This document shows, piece after piece, positions 1 to 12,468 of a stretch of 64,000 nt of DNA. Source of the DNA: Felis catus (lineage: Eukaryota); assembly GCF_018350175.1 (NCBI RefSeq), contig NC_058368.1:41604001-41668000 (forward strand), read 5' to 3'. Each line of letters begins with the position of its first letter. Within the stretch, counting starts at the first letter, position 1. The position numbers and the translations under genes were made by a program. Under the pieces are notes generated by a model, which saw only the letters and a list, made by a program, of their open reading frames with translations, was not told where the DNA came from and searched no databases.

Positions 1-204
1 GTTTTTTTCTAAGTTCACATCTGTCATCCAGGAAATTCAAAAAGCAAAAGTGACAAGGACAGTCACCAGTGTATTGTGGGTGATGAATAATCAATAGAAA
101 ACTTCATTTTCTCTTCCCTTCTCTTTTCAATGTCTTTCTTTTCTTACCCCTTTTTCCGCCTTCATTCCTATCAGCAATAACACTGTAGTCAAACCTTTAA
201 GCCT

Positions 205-714
205 TGTATCTATCACTCAAAGTTCAGTGCAGAAAATAGAAACCCTTTTACTTATTTCAATCAGAAATTAATTTAATGTAGAGAATTAAGAGTTAGCAAA
301 ACCCTTGGGAGGCATCATTCTACAGTCAGGAGGCCATCATTCCACTTATGATTTGAAATACCACCATCTAGCTCCAGTCAGGAATACAAGAATATGCTGT
401 TGAAACTGCCGCCACCAAGACTGGCCAACAGTGCTTCTCAGTGCCCAGAAAGCTGGAAACTAGAGGTTGAGTCTGGTCACCACACTTTCTCATGTCTCAT
501 GATCTTGCTTGCAAGAGAAAACAGCAGCAAATGACAGCATTTGCCTATATCTGTCTTCCAAGCCTCCTATGTGTGCAATTCTTAGGATACCTTACTTGCA
601 TCCAGTCCCCATATGTAAGAGAGTGTGAGGAAGGCTGTTTTCAGCTTTCTATCATCTCTAAATTGAATGAAGCTGGATTGGAGTTTGGGAGAACCAAATC
701 AAATGTCTATGACA
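205..714. mobile_element. Ancient LTR, LTR79/LTR78-like
   Basis: Starts tgtatc...agttcagtgcagaaaatagaaacc...atttaatgtagagaattaag and ends ...ttttcagctttct...gaaccaaatcaaatgtctatgaca (TG...CA); resembles recalled consensus. Confidence 0.55.
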
Positions 715-969
715 AGCTGCTATAGTGATTTATATTGACCTCCCAACCGTTCTCTATATTTGTCATTATTCATGGCTTTTATTAAATCTATGTCTTATAT
801 TCTGTTTACCTCTCCTCTGACCCTGCTAAATCTCATTTCTACCCTTTTGCGTAAGCACATTAGCCAATATTGTACTTTTATAACGTTAGCTTTACCTGGA
901 ATATTTCCTATATCATTAACTCAACTTCTGAAACACTTTCCTATGATTTAGGGAAGACACACATATAAG

Positions 970-1039
970 GTTAAAACAATTACCACATAAACATAACTTA
1001 TTTGTTAAAACAATTACTACATAAACAAATACTTATTTG
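970..1039. repeat. Two-copy tandem duplication, 34-35 bp unit
   Basis: gttaaaacaattaccacataaacataacttattt followed directly by gttaaaacaattactacataaacaaatacttattt. Confidence 0.9.
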
Positions 1040-1513
1040 CTATGGGTCTGGAGATAACTATCATTTTATTTCATCAGAATATGTCTTAAACAAGTGTTGT
1101 TTCTATTATTCATGCATTTAATCAAAATGTACAATTATTGAATGATTAATATGATCTAATATGAGTATAAAGAAAGTGTCTTGAATTTTAACTGCTCCTA
1201 AATTGAATTTTTAAAAAGACATAAGATATTTATTAGTCAGGCAAATTTTTTCTCATATATTTAGCACCATGGACCTTAAATTTGTGCTGTTTTAATTTTA
1301 GACAAGCTAGCACAAATGGTAAAACGAAATCAACAGGTAAGAGCCATTTACATTATAAAACCAATATCGTTCATTCATCTAGTCATTTTTACTAGAATTT
1401 TATTTCCTCTGTGTATGCTTGAGCTGCACATAGATATTATCCCATCTCAGTGTAAGAGTTAAACTTGATTTCAAAATAAGAAATACGATTACATCCATCC
1501 TAATTATAATTCT

Positions 1514-1723
1514 TTTTTTTACATTTTTTATAATGTTTTATTTATTTTTGACAGAGAGAGCATGAGCGGGGGAGGGACAGAGAGGGAGACACAGAATCCA
1601 AAGCAGGCTCCAGGCTCTGAGCTGTCAGCACAGAGCCCGACACGGGGCTTGAACTCACAGACCAAGAGATCATGACCTGTGCTGAAGCCAAACACTCAAC
1701 CGACTGAGCCACCGAGGCGCCCC
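1514..1723 (-). mobile_element. Can-SINE (SINEC_Fc type)
   Basis: Reverse-complement head ...gccaccgaggcgcccc, CT tract, A-rich tail; TSD atcc(t/c)a(a/g)ttataattct at 1497-1513 and 1724-1740. Confidence 0.97.
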
Positions 1724-3687
1724 ATCCCAGTTATAATTCTAAAACAACTGTCTCCTTATCTTTTAAGCTAAAAGTGAGATTACTCTTCCGTATTATTATT
1801 TTGCTAAGTTTGACACCTCTATCAACTATCACAGTACTGTTTCATTTGCTATCCTTGCCTCTAAAGTAAAATGGTCTTGTAAAACTAGTTTTTAGTCAGA
1901 TAATCTACTAAAATGTCTGCTTTTCCTTTTGGATGAGTGTTTTTGCTCTGTTCAAAGCATGTCCTGTTATCAGAGACTGTGAAGCTGTATTGTCCCTTGG
2001 TTCAGAATGCTGGACCCAAGAGTCTGATGTTGTGTTTACTGCATGAACAACAACTTAATTAAGTGTTGCTTTAGAAACATCACCAGAGCTTTGTTTCTGG
2101 TATTGCACTCAGGCATGTATCACATTGTTTTGACACATGCATTGGGAGATTTGCTTTGTAGTTAGTCATGTTTTTGGAACACTACTAGTAAAAACAGAAG
2201 AAAAGAATAATTTTATTGGTAAAACAAGGAAAATGCTCTCAAGATCCAAAGAATAACTATGAATGATGTATCAAGACCAAATTTTCTTCTGAGAACACTC
2301 GCAGTAAAACCAAATTTCCTATTTTGACATTTAGCTGCTTAAAAGCGAATGTTTTTATGCTTTTGTAAAGATTAAGAAAATCAAATGTACAGATTTCTTC
2401 CTTTTCTATATCCTTATTTATCTCCCCAAGGAACATATTTTATATACCGAAATAAATTCAATGTTTTAATTTTAGTTTGTTTATCATGACAAAATATCTT
2501 TTAAATAGTATTTTTCTGTTACAAACCAGGAAGGTTTGGGAAAAAAAAATGATAATGCATGAATACATTTTCACACTCTTTTCTGCAAAGAAGTAAACAA
2601 ATTTTCCTTCCTGAGAAGGAGAGAAATCAAATGTGTCAGCTTCAAAGCACTGGAATGTTTAACTCCACTCTCATCGGCCTCATATTGGGGTTTATACGAT
2701 GAATACAGTTGTTAAATAAGATCCAAAAACTTGTAAAAAGGAAGGTACCAACTAAAAATAAAGGAGTGATTTCGTCAAAGGCAGCGTGTCCTGGAGTCTC
2801 CAGACAAGGTGGCCCAAATGATGAGTGAGGGAAAATGCCCCAGAGGGAACACAGAACTTTAAAGATCTATGAGATGAAGAAAGGAAACCAGTTATTTTCA
2901 ACAGTTTTCTCATGTTCCTTTTTAACTTCAATAATTGTCCCTATTCTAGTCCAGTGATAAATGGCAATGGTTAGACTTTGTTTACCTCAAAGGCAGGTTA
3001 ACATCGGCCCTCAAATCTTAAGGTAACTGACTTAAGTCGGTTTTATATGCACCTTCAAGAGAGAGACCTACACAGGAAAACCTTATTTGAGCTGTTGTCT
3101 TTGATTTAATGTTCAATCAGTTCTATTCTAAAATTCCATATATATTTGAGAAAAGCCTTATGTAAAGATATTATTCAAAACATGATTATTTGTGTAAATT
3201 TATAAAAATGTTGGCATGTGTGTTTGTCTATGTTTTTGCTATTGCATCATGAAATATCCCTGTGTGCTAGATTAATACTTTGTCACATAATTTCAGAGAT
3301 CAGTGTCACACTATGTATCATGCAACAATGTTTTGGCAAAGTAGGATGATCACAAGTAAGAGTAGCAACAGAAACTTTTTCCAGAATGTCAAAACGGTGA
3401 CCAAGAATTAAGCAAAGGTAGAAAACATATACATACTAGTAACCACAGCTGAAATTAAGTTGTCCAAAATTTCCTCCCAAATGGCCATGATCCCAGAGAG
3501 TTGATTCAAATTGTGTTTACATGTTCAACTGACAGAAAATTCCCATGTTACATAACCTATTCCAGAGCAAAAAAAGTATGTATACTTTTTTTATTTTACA
3601 GACCTAGTTAGTATACCAATAATCCCATACAAACAATACTTAAAATAGAAATTAAGAGAAAAAAAAAAACAACAGTGTATGTATAGA

Positions 3688-3850
3688 GGGGGCTTTCCAC
3701 GTGGGAAGCTCAGTGGGCTGAGGGTCCAACTCTTCATTTTGGCTCAGGTCATGATCTCATGGTTCATGAGATGGAAGCCTACATTGGGATTCTCTCTCTC
3801 CCTCTCTCTTTGCTGCCTCCTCCCCCCCACCCCCAAAAAACAGACGTAAA
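3688..3850 (+). mobile_element. Older diverged Can-SINE with internal deletion
   Basis: ggctcaggtcatgatctcatggttcatgag core followed by CT tract. Confidence 0.85.
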
Positions 3851-3871
3851 AATAGAGAAATTAGAAACCAG

Positions 3872-4545
3872 TGTCCCTGATTTCTTTATGAAGCCTTTGT
3901 CCCTCAATTCCAAAGCCACCTTGCTATACATATCTGTGTTGTTGGAGCTGGGCCTCTGAAAACAACATTTCTCCTTTGTCAGCTGACTGCCTATCAGTTT
4001 TCAGCAATCAATGGTGCCAGAGGGAAACTGGCAGGCAGGAGGGAGAATGAGCATGCTTCACTCTGGTTTGCTTTCTGTCCCTGCCAGCATCACCTCACCA
4101 ACAGTTTTTCACGTTAGCAGAAACAGATACTCCAAATTCCATGTTTTTATTTTCTCCACTATTCCAGAACCAGAATTGGTTTCAACTGTACCCCCTCAGA
4201 GGTCCCAAGACTAGATGGCCAGTGCTCCCTCCTCCGGGTTCTGGTTCTTTTGGGCATCTCCTCCAAGCTCCTCAGAGGTCTATGTCCCAGCTGTATGGGG
4301 GCCCCTCCTACTACATTCCAGGTTCTGATAACACCCATATCTTCTATTTCTTCCTACTGTCCTAAGAGTGAGCTACTTCCTTAGTTGCTATCCCTTTTGG
4401 GTCCCGTGTCTTCCTCCCTTCTTTTCCTTCCTCCCTCCCTCCTGCATTTTCTCTAGTACCTGCATTATCAGTTCCTTAAAAAGAATTATCTTTTTCTAAT
4501 ATCTGGCATCTTTTCTATTTTCCAGACCAGACCAGAATGGATTTA
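3872..4545 (+). mobile_element. ERVL-class LTR, LTR41-like
   Basis: ttccaaagccaccttgctatac...ggagctgggcctctgaaaacaacatttctcctttgtcagctg...gccagagggaaactggcagg resembles recalled LTR41 5' part. Confidence 0.6.
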
Positions 4546-4712
4546 TTTATACAAACACTAATACCACAATTGTAAATGCCAGCAAATTTAACTTATAGAA
4601 TGGGATATAAAAAAAAATTGCTAGAAAAAGAGGTAAAGGAGGAAGAGCTGGTAAGAATAGGAGAGAAAGAAGAAATCATTATCAAATATACAGTGTGTTT
4701 AAGAAGGGCTAG

Positions 4713-5515
4713 AGTGATATTCTGATTTGTAATAAGAAATATAGGGACGCCTGAGTGGCTCAATCAGTCCAGTGTCCGACTTCAGCTCAGGTCATGATCT
4801 CACGGTGGTTCGTGGGTTCAAGCCTGCATCAGGCTCTGTGCTGACAGCTCAGAGCCTGGAGCCTGCTTTGGATTCTGTGTCTCCCTCTCTGTCTGCCCCT
4901 CCCCTGCTGTGCTCTGTCTCTCTCTGTCTCTCAAAAATAAATAAATGTAAAAAAAATTACAAATATATGTTTGGCCTTGGTCCTATTTCTGGCACAGAGC
5001 TCTTAAAACCCTCTGGAATTTCTTGAGTGATGAAAGCAACAAAGATGTCTTTCATTATGTTCATGAGGTGGCTTTTGGACAGCACCTAAGGATGGGCCTG
5101 ATCATGCGATTAGACATTGCAGCTTTCAGTTTCTGGCTGTTTCTGAGTTATATCTTATTATACTAAACGAGTAATCTAGTAAATAAAATGTTTCTATGAA
5201 TTCTGTGAGCTGCTCTAGCAAACTAATCAAAAGAACATAGGAGTCATTGGAACCTCCAATTTGTAGCCAGTTTATCGAAAGCACAGGTAACAACCCGAGC
5301 TGGCAACTGGCTTCTGAAGCAGAGTGGAATGTGGAGGTCTTGTAGGACCGAACCCTTAAACCGTAGAATCTGATGCTATCTTCGGGTAGTTAGTGTCAGA
5401 ATTGAACTGAAGTCTTGGACACCAGCAGGGCACTAGCAGGTGTCTGAGAATTGCCTAGTGTCATGTGGGAAGGCCCCTCCACACATACACTTTGTAATTG
5501 GGTCCAAGAACCTTG
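4713..5515 (+). mobile_element. MER21-like LTR, interrupted by a SINE
   Basis: gtgatattctgatttgtaataagaaatata|SINE|tgtttggcc...tttctggcacagagctcttaaaaccctctggaatt...gaattctgtgagctgctctagcaaact...tagtgtcagaattgaa. Confidence 0.8.
4744..4958 (+). mobile_element. Can-SINE (SINEC_Fc type) nested in the MER21-like LTR
   Basis: gggacgcctgagtggctc head, gctgacagctcagagcctggagcctg core, A tail; short TSD aaatata. Confidence 0.96.
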
Positions 5516-5544
5516 AAGAGTAAGATGGGTAAGCACAAAGATAT

Positions 5545-5820
5545 TTATTTGTGTAATTAATCAACAATAAAGTGAAAAAAAAAACTATCTGATTCTCTTA
5601 ATAGACCCCAAAAGCTTTTGGTAAAAATCAATATCCATGCCCAACAAAATTTCCTATGGTAGGAGAAACCATCATGATTAATATTTTCTCAGGCTAGTAG
5701 CCAATATCATAAGAAAAAAGATACCCATGTACCATTCTGATGAACTCAATAATAAGCAAATGATACATACTTTTGTCACTATTATTCATCATTATTCAGA
5801 ATATAATCAGTGCAAATAGC
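5545..5820 (+). mobile_element. Highly decayed L1M ORF2 fragment
   Basis: aaaaactatctgattctcttaatagac...aaagcttttggtaaaaatcaatatcc and gtcactattattcatcatt resemble L1 RT-region motifs. Confidence 0.5.
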
Positions 5821-6661
5821 TATATGACTTGCTTTGCCCAATGAAATAAGAGTAAGTCACATGGCTACTTACATGCTTACATGTTTTGCTATGAGCCAGT
5901 TCTTAGTAAAGGAAGCAATATTAAGACACTGGTTTACATTTTCTTTTTAATCACATTTGATCAGAATCAAGTCAATTTCAAAAAAATAAGTAAAGCAGCT
6001 GTATTTTTCCTTGCATTTTGGTCAATTTAATTATACAAGTAGATAAGAGGACAGAAAAAGAAGATATCTTACCACCATCGAGAGCAGATAAAAATAATAT
6101 AACTGACATTAATGATAATTTAATTTAATAATAATTGAGGCAGAAATTAGTTATAGAACATTTCCAGTCAGGAATATTTGAAATTCACTCAAAATAAAAG
6201 GTTACATGACAAACTAAAGCATGGAGATTTTTACATTTATGATTTGTTAAACTTGGATTTGCAAATTAATGCTTTAATATTCCTTAAGAAAGAATATACA
6301 ATCTATATATAAAATCATAAATATTAGGTAGAAAAAGATTTCACTTGATTACAAATGAAATTTTTTTTAACCTATTGCTCTGAAGGGTTAGTTCACAAAT
6401 GATTATCATTACTTATAAAAGACTGTGCCATTCAAGATTTTTACCTGATTAAGAGAACATGAGTCTGCATGTTTTAAATTCTTTCTCTAAAGTGTGGAAA
6501 CATTTGGGGGAATAACTCTTACCTGATAAAAGTCTCTATGTTCAATACCTATAAAATTTTATAATGGTTCTCTTCTTTTATGGCTGTGTCAAGATAGAGT
6601 AGGCCATGTAATAATCACAAACAATGTAAAAATCTCAGTGGATGAAAACAACAAAGTGTTC

Positions 6662-6675
6662 CTTTTTCTTTTTCT

Positions 6676-6711
<36 letters not shown>

Positions 6712-6720
6712 TTTTCTTTC

Positions 6721-6760
<40 letters not shown>
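6662..6760. repeat. Compound microsatellite (CTTT)n + (TG)n
   Basis: Seen directly. Confidence 0.98.
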
Positions 6761-6763
<3 letters not shown>

Positions 6764-7718
6764 CCTGCTGCTGTTTTTTGCAATTGTCAAGTGCAATTGT
6801 TTTTCATATGCAGGATATTTCACCCACATATCTACATGTATTGTTATACCTATACAGCAGAAGAAAACATAAGTTGAAGGGTTGATCTTTGACAAATATT
6901 CCCACCTAGAACTGATACATGTGATTTTAGCTCAATGCCATTGGCTCCAGGAAGTCATATAACCTCCTCTCTATTCAAGGAGATGAGCAAGATGAGTAAG
7001 AAGAAGAAAATGAGATATCACCAAATGGTAGGAGTGTCTACCCCAAGAATGCTTTGAATACATTTTTATTGTAAGTAATCTCAAATAGAAAATCATTAAT
7101 TTTGCTGTTCATAGCACTCAACACATCATATCTTAACATGCACTCATATACCCACACACACATATGCTCACTGCATACCCAAATTATGTAAATTACCCAG
7201 GAAGAAGGCAATGCAGGGCCTCAGTTAACTGAACTTAAGTATAAATTTAAAAGCAACAGGATACAAAAGTTTTTTGCTGAGATTACTTAATAATGTACAG
7301 AAAAAGACCATTTAATTCTAAGTATGAGTCATCTAAAGAAAGGGGGTCCAGAATAAAAGGAAAGTAGATTATCCACTCTGAGTGATGGGTCTTTCTCTTG
7401 CATCTGAAAACATAGGCTTTTCATTTTTCATTTCCAAAAACAGTAATGCATCACATTGAGAAGAAAAATTTCCATGTAAGTCACCCATATGTAAGGAGTT
7501 TCATCAATTGCTTCCAATCACAGAATTCTATGACACACTATCTCTTTCACTCATCTGACCCCAAACTCAGAACCCTCTCAGATCTCTTCTATCAGCAGCA
7601 GGTGTTTGGAGATCTTTATTTTGGAATTCTCACTTTCTGTGTTTTCAACAGTCCCTGCTGCTATGAACAAACTCCAGTAAGCTCCAGTTGCTGGCTGTGA
7701 ACAAGCAACTTCAACTTT

Positions 7719-7922
7719 AAAAAAAAAATTCTTAATGTTTATTTTTGAGAGAGACAGAGCACAAGTCAGGGAGAGGCAGAAAGGGAGACGTAGAATCCAA
7801 AGCAGGCTCCAGGCTCTGAGCTGTCAGCACAGAGCCCGACTTAGGGCTTGAACTCATGGACCGTGAAATCATAACCTGAGCTGAAGTCGGATGCTCAACT
7901 GACTGAGCCACCCAGGCACCCC
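7719..7922 (-). mobile_element. Can-SINE (SINEC_Fc type)
   Basis: Full head and tail; TSD aagcaac(t/c)tcaacttt at 7703-7718 and 7923-7938. Confidence 0.97.
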
Positions 7923-9954
7923 AAGCAACCTCAACTTTTAACGTTTCTTGTGGTTTCTGACCCCTCGTCACTTCTGATTTCAGTTTACTTGTGAATTCTG
8001 ATGACTCATAGCTTTAGTTTACTTATAGCTTCTGCTAACTCACTTCTTCTATCAACTCAAGGTCTCTGTGTGTCTCCTCAGGTGCTATTTCCATAATAAA
8101 ATACAGATGCATTTCTCAGAAAAGATCTGACTTAACCAGTAGCTGCATTAAACCCATTTGGGTAGAACCTTCATTTTAAGTCTCTTCGTGCAAAACTTAT
8201 TGACCTATATATTGGTTTCCCTTGAATGAGTTTGTCACAGCAGGCCAATAGGATTTTTCTCAGAAGAATGCTCACATAAAAACAAACATGATTCTCTATA
8301 CTTCAGGAATTCTTTAGATTCACCCCTGAGAACGGAGATCTTAATCAGTGATCATCTCAAAAGAAAATAGTGGTCATAGCTATTTGCAGCCATACATGGC
8401 CTTATAAGATTTAACATAAGCAAGGTAATATCTATTATGCATTACACATTGTAAATATTAGAAATAAAGAAATGTAAGGGAATGTTCAAGAGATAAACAC
8501 ACAATTAGAGCAATCACATGATATATAAGACTCTTAGGAAAAGGAACCTGAATAATTAATGCCAAAAATTTTATATGATATTTATTATATTCACATTTCT
8601 TTCCAGTCTCTCCTAAATTTCTCATTTATCGCTCTGATGCTCCACCTCACTGTGAATATAGCCTCAGACTTTTCAATTGACAACCACTTTTGTCTTGCTC
8701 TTACAACCTGAAGAGATCCTTGGAGGCCATAGATTATGTTGGATCCAGGAATAAAATCCCATGGGTAGCGCATGTTTATAAGTTCTAAAGTACACTTTAT
8801 TAGCATATAAATTGAAAATAGCAACTTTGATCAGGTTGTTTAATGAAAAACACCTCTTAGTACAAGTGAAAAACTATTTCCTTAATCCAGGTTGCTTAGA
8901 AAACAACAACAAAAACTACTTATGTGATTACTGCAAAAAAGTGACAGGAGACAGAAAATCAAAGTGATAGCTGAACCAATCAACCTTTAGAAAAAATCTT
9001 ATGTTAACTCTGGACGAGTAAATAGCTGGATACATGTGTAGACAGAAACCCTTCCAATAATGTTCCTAAAGTCAAGGTCTCTGGGGCAATAAAGACTTTC
9101 CTGTGATGAAGTCCATTAGGCAGCAACCTTATTAAAACACGGCACACACAATTAGCTCTGGGTGACTACCTCCAAGCTTCTCTCCTGTGACAAGGCAACG
9201 AATCTTCATTTTTCCAATAAAGAGTGATATGGCTTTGATCAAACCTTCTAACTTCAATGTCCCTAGGTTAAAATATTCCTAGAAATATTTTTTGAGACTT
9301 AATGTCATATAAACATCCTTTTATTTTTCTTCTCATGTGTGATATTTTTAGTCTGTGTGCAAATATCATAATTAAGGAATGAACCATTTCATGAAGTGTT
9401 ATCACTGAGTTCTATAATTTTTATAATTATATCACCCAAATATTATGTCAAGTTGCAGAAAAAGTATTGAACAAATTCACATTGCCATATGCCTTCTTAT
9501 TCGTATATTTTGTGAGTACACATTAATTTAAATAATAAAGCCATTTCAACTGAAAAGGACATCTGGCTATTATGGGCAATTGCATGACCAAGAAGAGAAA
9601 GAATAAACACATGTTGCTGAATATGAAAAGATGGACAGCCAAAGGGTATTGGTTTATATATGAGTGTCCTCTATGGCAGCAACATTAAAATCTACCAAGG
9701 GAAGTAATACTATATAATCTAAAGACTTTTTACGACTGAAAAACAAAATGAAGAGTTTGAGATAAAATATGTACTGTTATTTAACACTAGAAGATACAAA
9801 GTATGCCTCATAGTAAAAAATGTTTCCATAAACAGTGTAAGCCTGCCTGAGGGTAAGAAGGAGCTGTATAGACAGGTATAGAGGTGTAGGAAATATGACT
9901 GCTTTTTTTAACAAATTTAGTTTGGAAGTCGAAAGAGGTCCTTAAAAATACCGT

Positions 9955-10187
9955 TCTACTTTCCCATTGTGTCTTTAACAAATTACAACAAAGTTCGTGC
10001 CTTAAACAACATAAATTTGTTACCTCACAGTTCTGGTATTCGGAAGTCCTCCAGGAAAGGGTCTCAGTGGCTAACATTAAGATGTCAGAGGAGCTACATT
10101 CTTTTGTGGAGGCTCTGAGAGGGACCATTTCCTTGCTTTTCCGGTTTCTAAAGGCTTTCTGCTTTCTGTGGCTTGTGGTCTCCTTTC
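9955..10187 (-). mobile_element. MaLR LTR fragment (MLT1C/D-like)
   Basis: aacaaattacaacaaagttcgtgccttaaacaacataaatttgttacctcacagttctgg...ggaggctctgagaggga...ccttgcttttccggtttctaaaggct. Confidence 0.8.
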
Positions 10188-10764
10188 AATATACCTGCAG
10201 CAACCTTTGCCCTGAAAAATGTTCAGACTCTTTGCCATAGCCTTTAATGTAGAATTGTTTATATAAACTCACTTTTTATTCAATTCATAGGTCATATAAA
10301 AATACTTCTTCTTAAGAAGGTTCTTGTGCTTCTATGACCGATCTTCAAATAGAAAACATAAGAACTTACATATTCAGTTACAATATTGATTAGGATCTTC
10401 AATGTTGACAATAAAAATTTCCTCCTAACTCTTATTTGACTTGTTCTCTTATAAATCCCATCTTATATAATGGTACAAGATACCTTCACTTTAGGTCCAT
10501 GATAGAGAGCATAACTTTTAATTATATTTCAGGTCCTATCAAAACCCCAGTGGAAAAAAAAAATCATTTATGCTATATTTTTAAATCATGTTTACAAAGG
10601 TGTATTTCAGTGTTGTTCCCTGAACTTTGATTAAAGTTCACTAAATTCAAAAGCCTATGATTTCTTCTTTATTTGTCCTGAAATCATTGTTCAGTGTACT
10701 AAATATTTCATGGAATAGCAAATTCTAAACCTTAAGCCTGGCAGGTGTTGTGTTTAGTATAAAC

Positions 10765-11005
10765 AATATATATTATTTTATTTTTTAATACATTTTACAA
10801 TTTTTATAAATATTAAACTATAATACATTAAATGATATTGAATAGTATTAAAATACATTAAATTTTAAAAATATACATAAATATATAATATATATTGTGT
10901 GTATATATATATATTTGAGGGGCTTTATATATGTAAAGTAACTTTTATATATATATAACATATATAAACATTTTTCTATAAACCTATAAATATCTATATA
11001 GAAAC
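10765..11005. repeat. TA-rich low-complexity tract
   Basis: Degenerate (TA)n runs. Confidence 0.8.
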
Positions 11006-11214
11006 ACTCAAATACTTTTAGGCAGGGCAGTCCATATCTGCATAGGGTCATGACACCCAGCTCTCTCAAAGCAAGCTGCTTTAAGCATTTATGTTACCGA
11101 GTTGACTCTTGAAAGCATTTGTGTTTTTCTTCCTTTGTCTGCTATATTTCCAAATGTTACTTCTCACATTGAATTTTTCTCAGCACGTGGAACTACTAAA
11201 ACTTTGTCTTTTCT

Positions 11215-11438
11215 TTTCTTTTTTTTAACGTTTATTTATTTTTGAGACAGAGAGAGACAGAGCATGAACGGGGGAGGGTCAGAGAGAGAGGGATACACAA
11301 AATCCAAAGCAGGCTCCAGGCTCTGAGCTGTCAGCACAGAGCCCGATGCGGGGCTCGAACCCACGGACCGTGAGATCATGACCTGAGTGACCTGAGCCGA
11401 AGTCGGACACTTAACCAAATGAGCCACCCAGGCGCCCC
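11215..11438 (-). mobile_element. Can-SINE (SINEC_Fc type)
   Basis: Perfect 17-bp TSD aaaactttgtcttttct at 11198-11214 and 11439-11455. Confidence 0.98.
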
Positions 11439-12282
11439 AAAACTTTGTCTTTTCTAAGGAGCTGGTATTTTTTCCCTGTATACATATAGGGAAATGGTTA
11501 CTGTATCATTCTGTATCATTCAAATTCTTTTCCCAAACATGCCTAGACATTTATATTTATCTTTCATGAACACTGTGTTAATATATTATGTATATCATAG
11601 AGCACACACAAAAATGGACATTAAAATATGGATGAGTTAAAATACAATTAGAGATGGTAATATTTTACAGCATCCTACTTTGAAGATCATTATTCTAGAT
11701 ACTATCATTTTATTTCCTAAACGTGACTGGTGAAAGGTCTGGAGGCAATGGTGATGCCCAGTAAAAGAAAGTTTATTGACTTGATGTTGACAACATTGGT
11801 CTTTTGCCTTAATCCTCATATTTTCAAGTTCTATTTTTTATTTAATAAAATATTCCTTTTTTATGTGTTTGCATATCCTCTTTGGAAAAAAGTACTATAA
11901 AATAATTATTCAATCTATTAGAGAATCAACATATCACAAAATATTGAAGCTCAAAGAGCAATTAAACACTGTAATTGAACAGATAAGTAAAATAAGGCTT
12001 ATGAATTTTAAATTATGTTCTCAAGGCCACAATCTTTTCTATGTACATCACATCAAACTTGGTATAATACGCTTTAATTCCTTTAGAGTTTCCAATTAGA
12101 TCTTTATCTTCAAATTGGCTGACAGTTTAGGAGGACTTTTCTGAATGGACTCAAATTTGAAAAGATTGCACACCTTCCAAAACTTAATGGAATTTTTTTA
12201 AAGCATCCACTTGAGGAAACGCAAAGTTGCCCTGGCCATTACTTTTCAGGCCAAGATGCACCGTAGTGTAATCATGCAGCTT

Positions 12283-12468
12283 AGTGGTTCTTCAGCAGGG
12301 TCACATATCAGAACCATCATCTCAGGGGGATTTTTCAAACTTAAAATGCTAGGGCTAATTCCAAGATAAGAATCCCTTGTTGCAGGCTTTTGATATGTGA
12401 AAATAAATGGTAAAAAAGGAAAGCTTTTCCGAGTAATGTGTGGACACCTTTACTTAAGAATTTACTGC
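12283..12468. mobile_element. MER5-like hAT-Charlie relic
   Basis: agtggttcttcagc...catatcagaaccatc...ttaagaatttactg termini. Confidence 0.5.
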
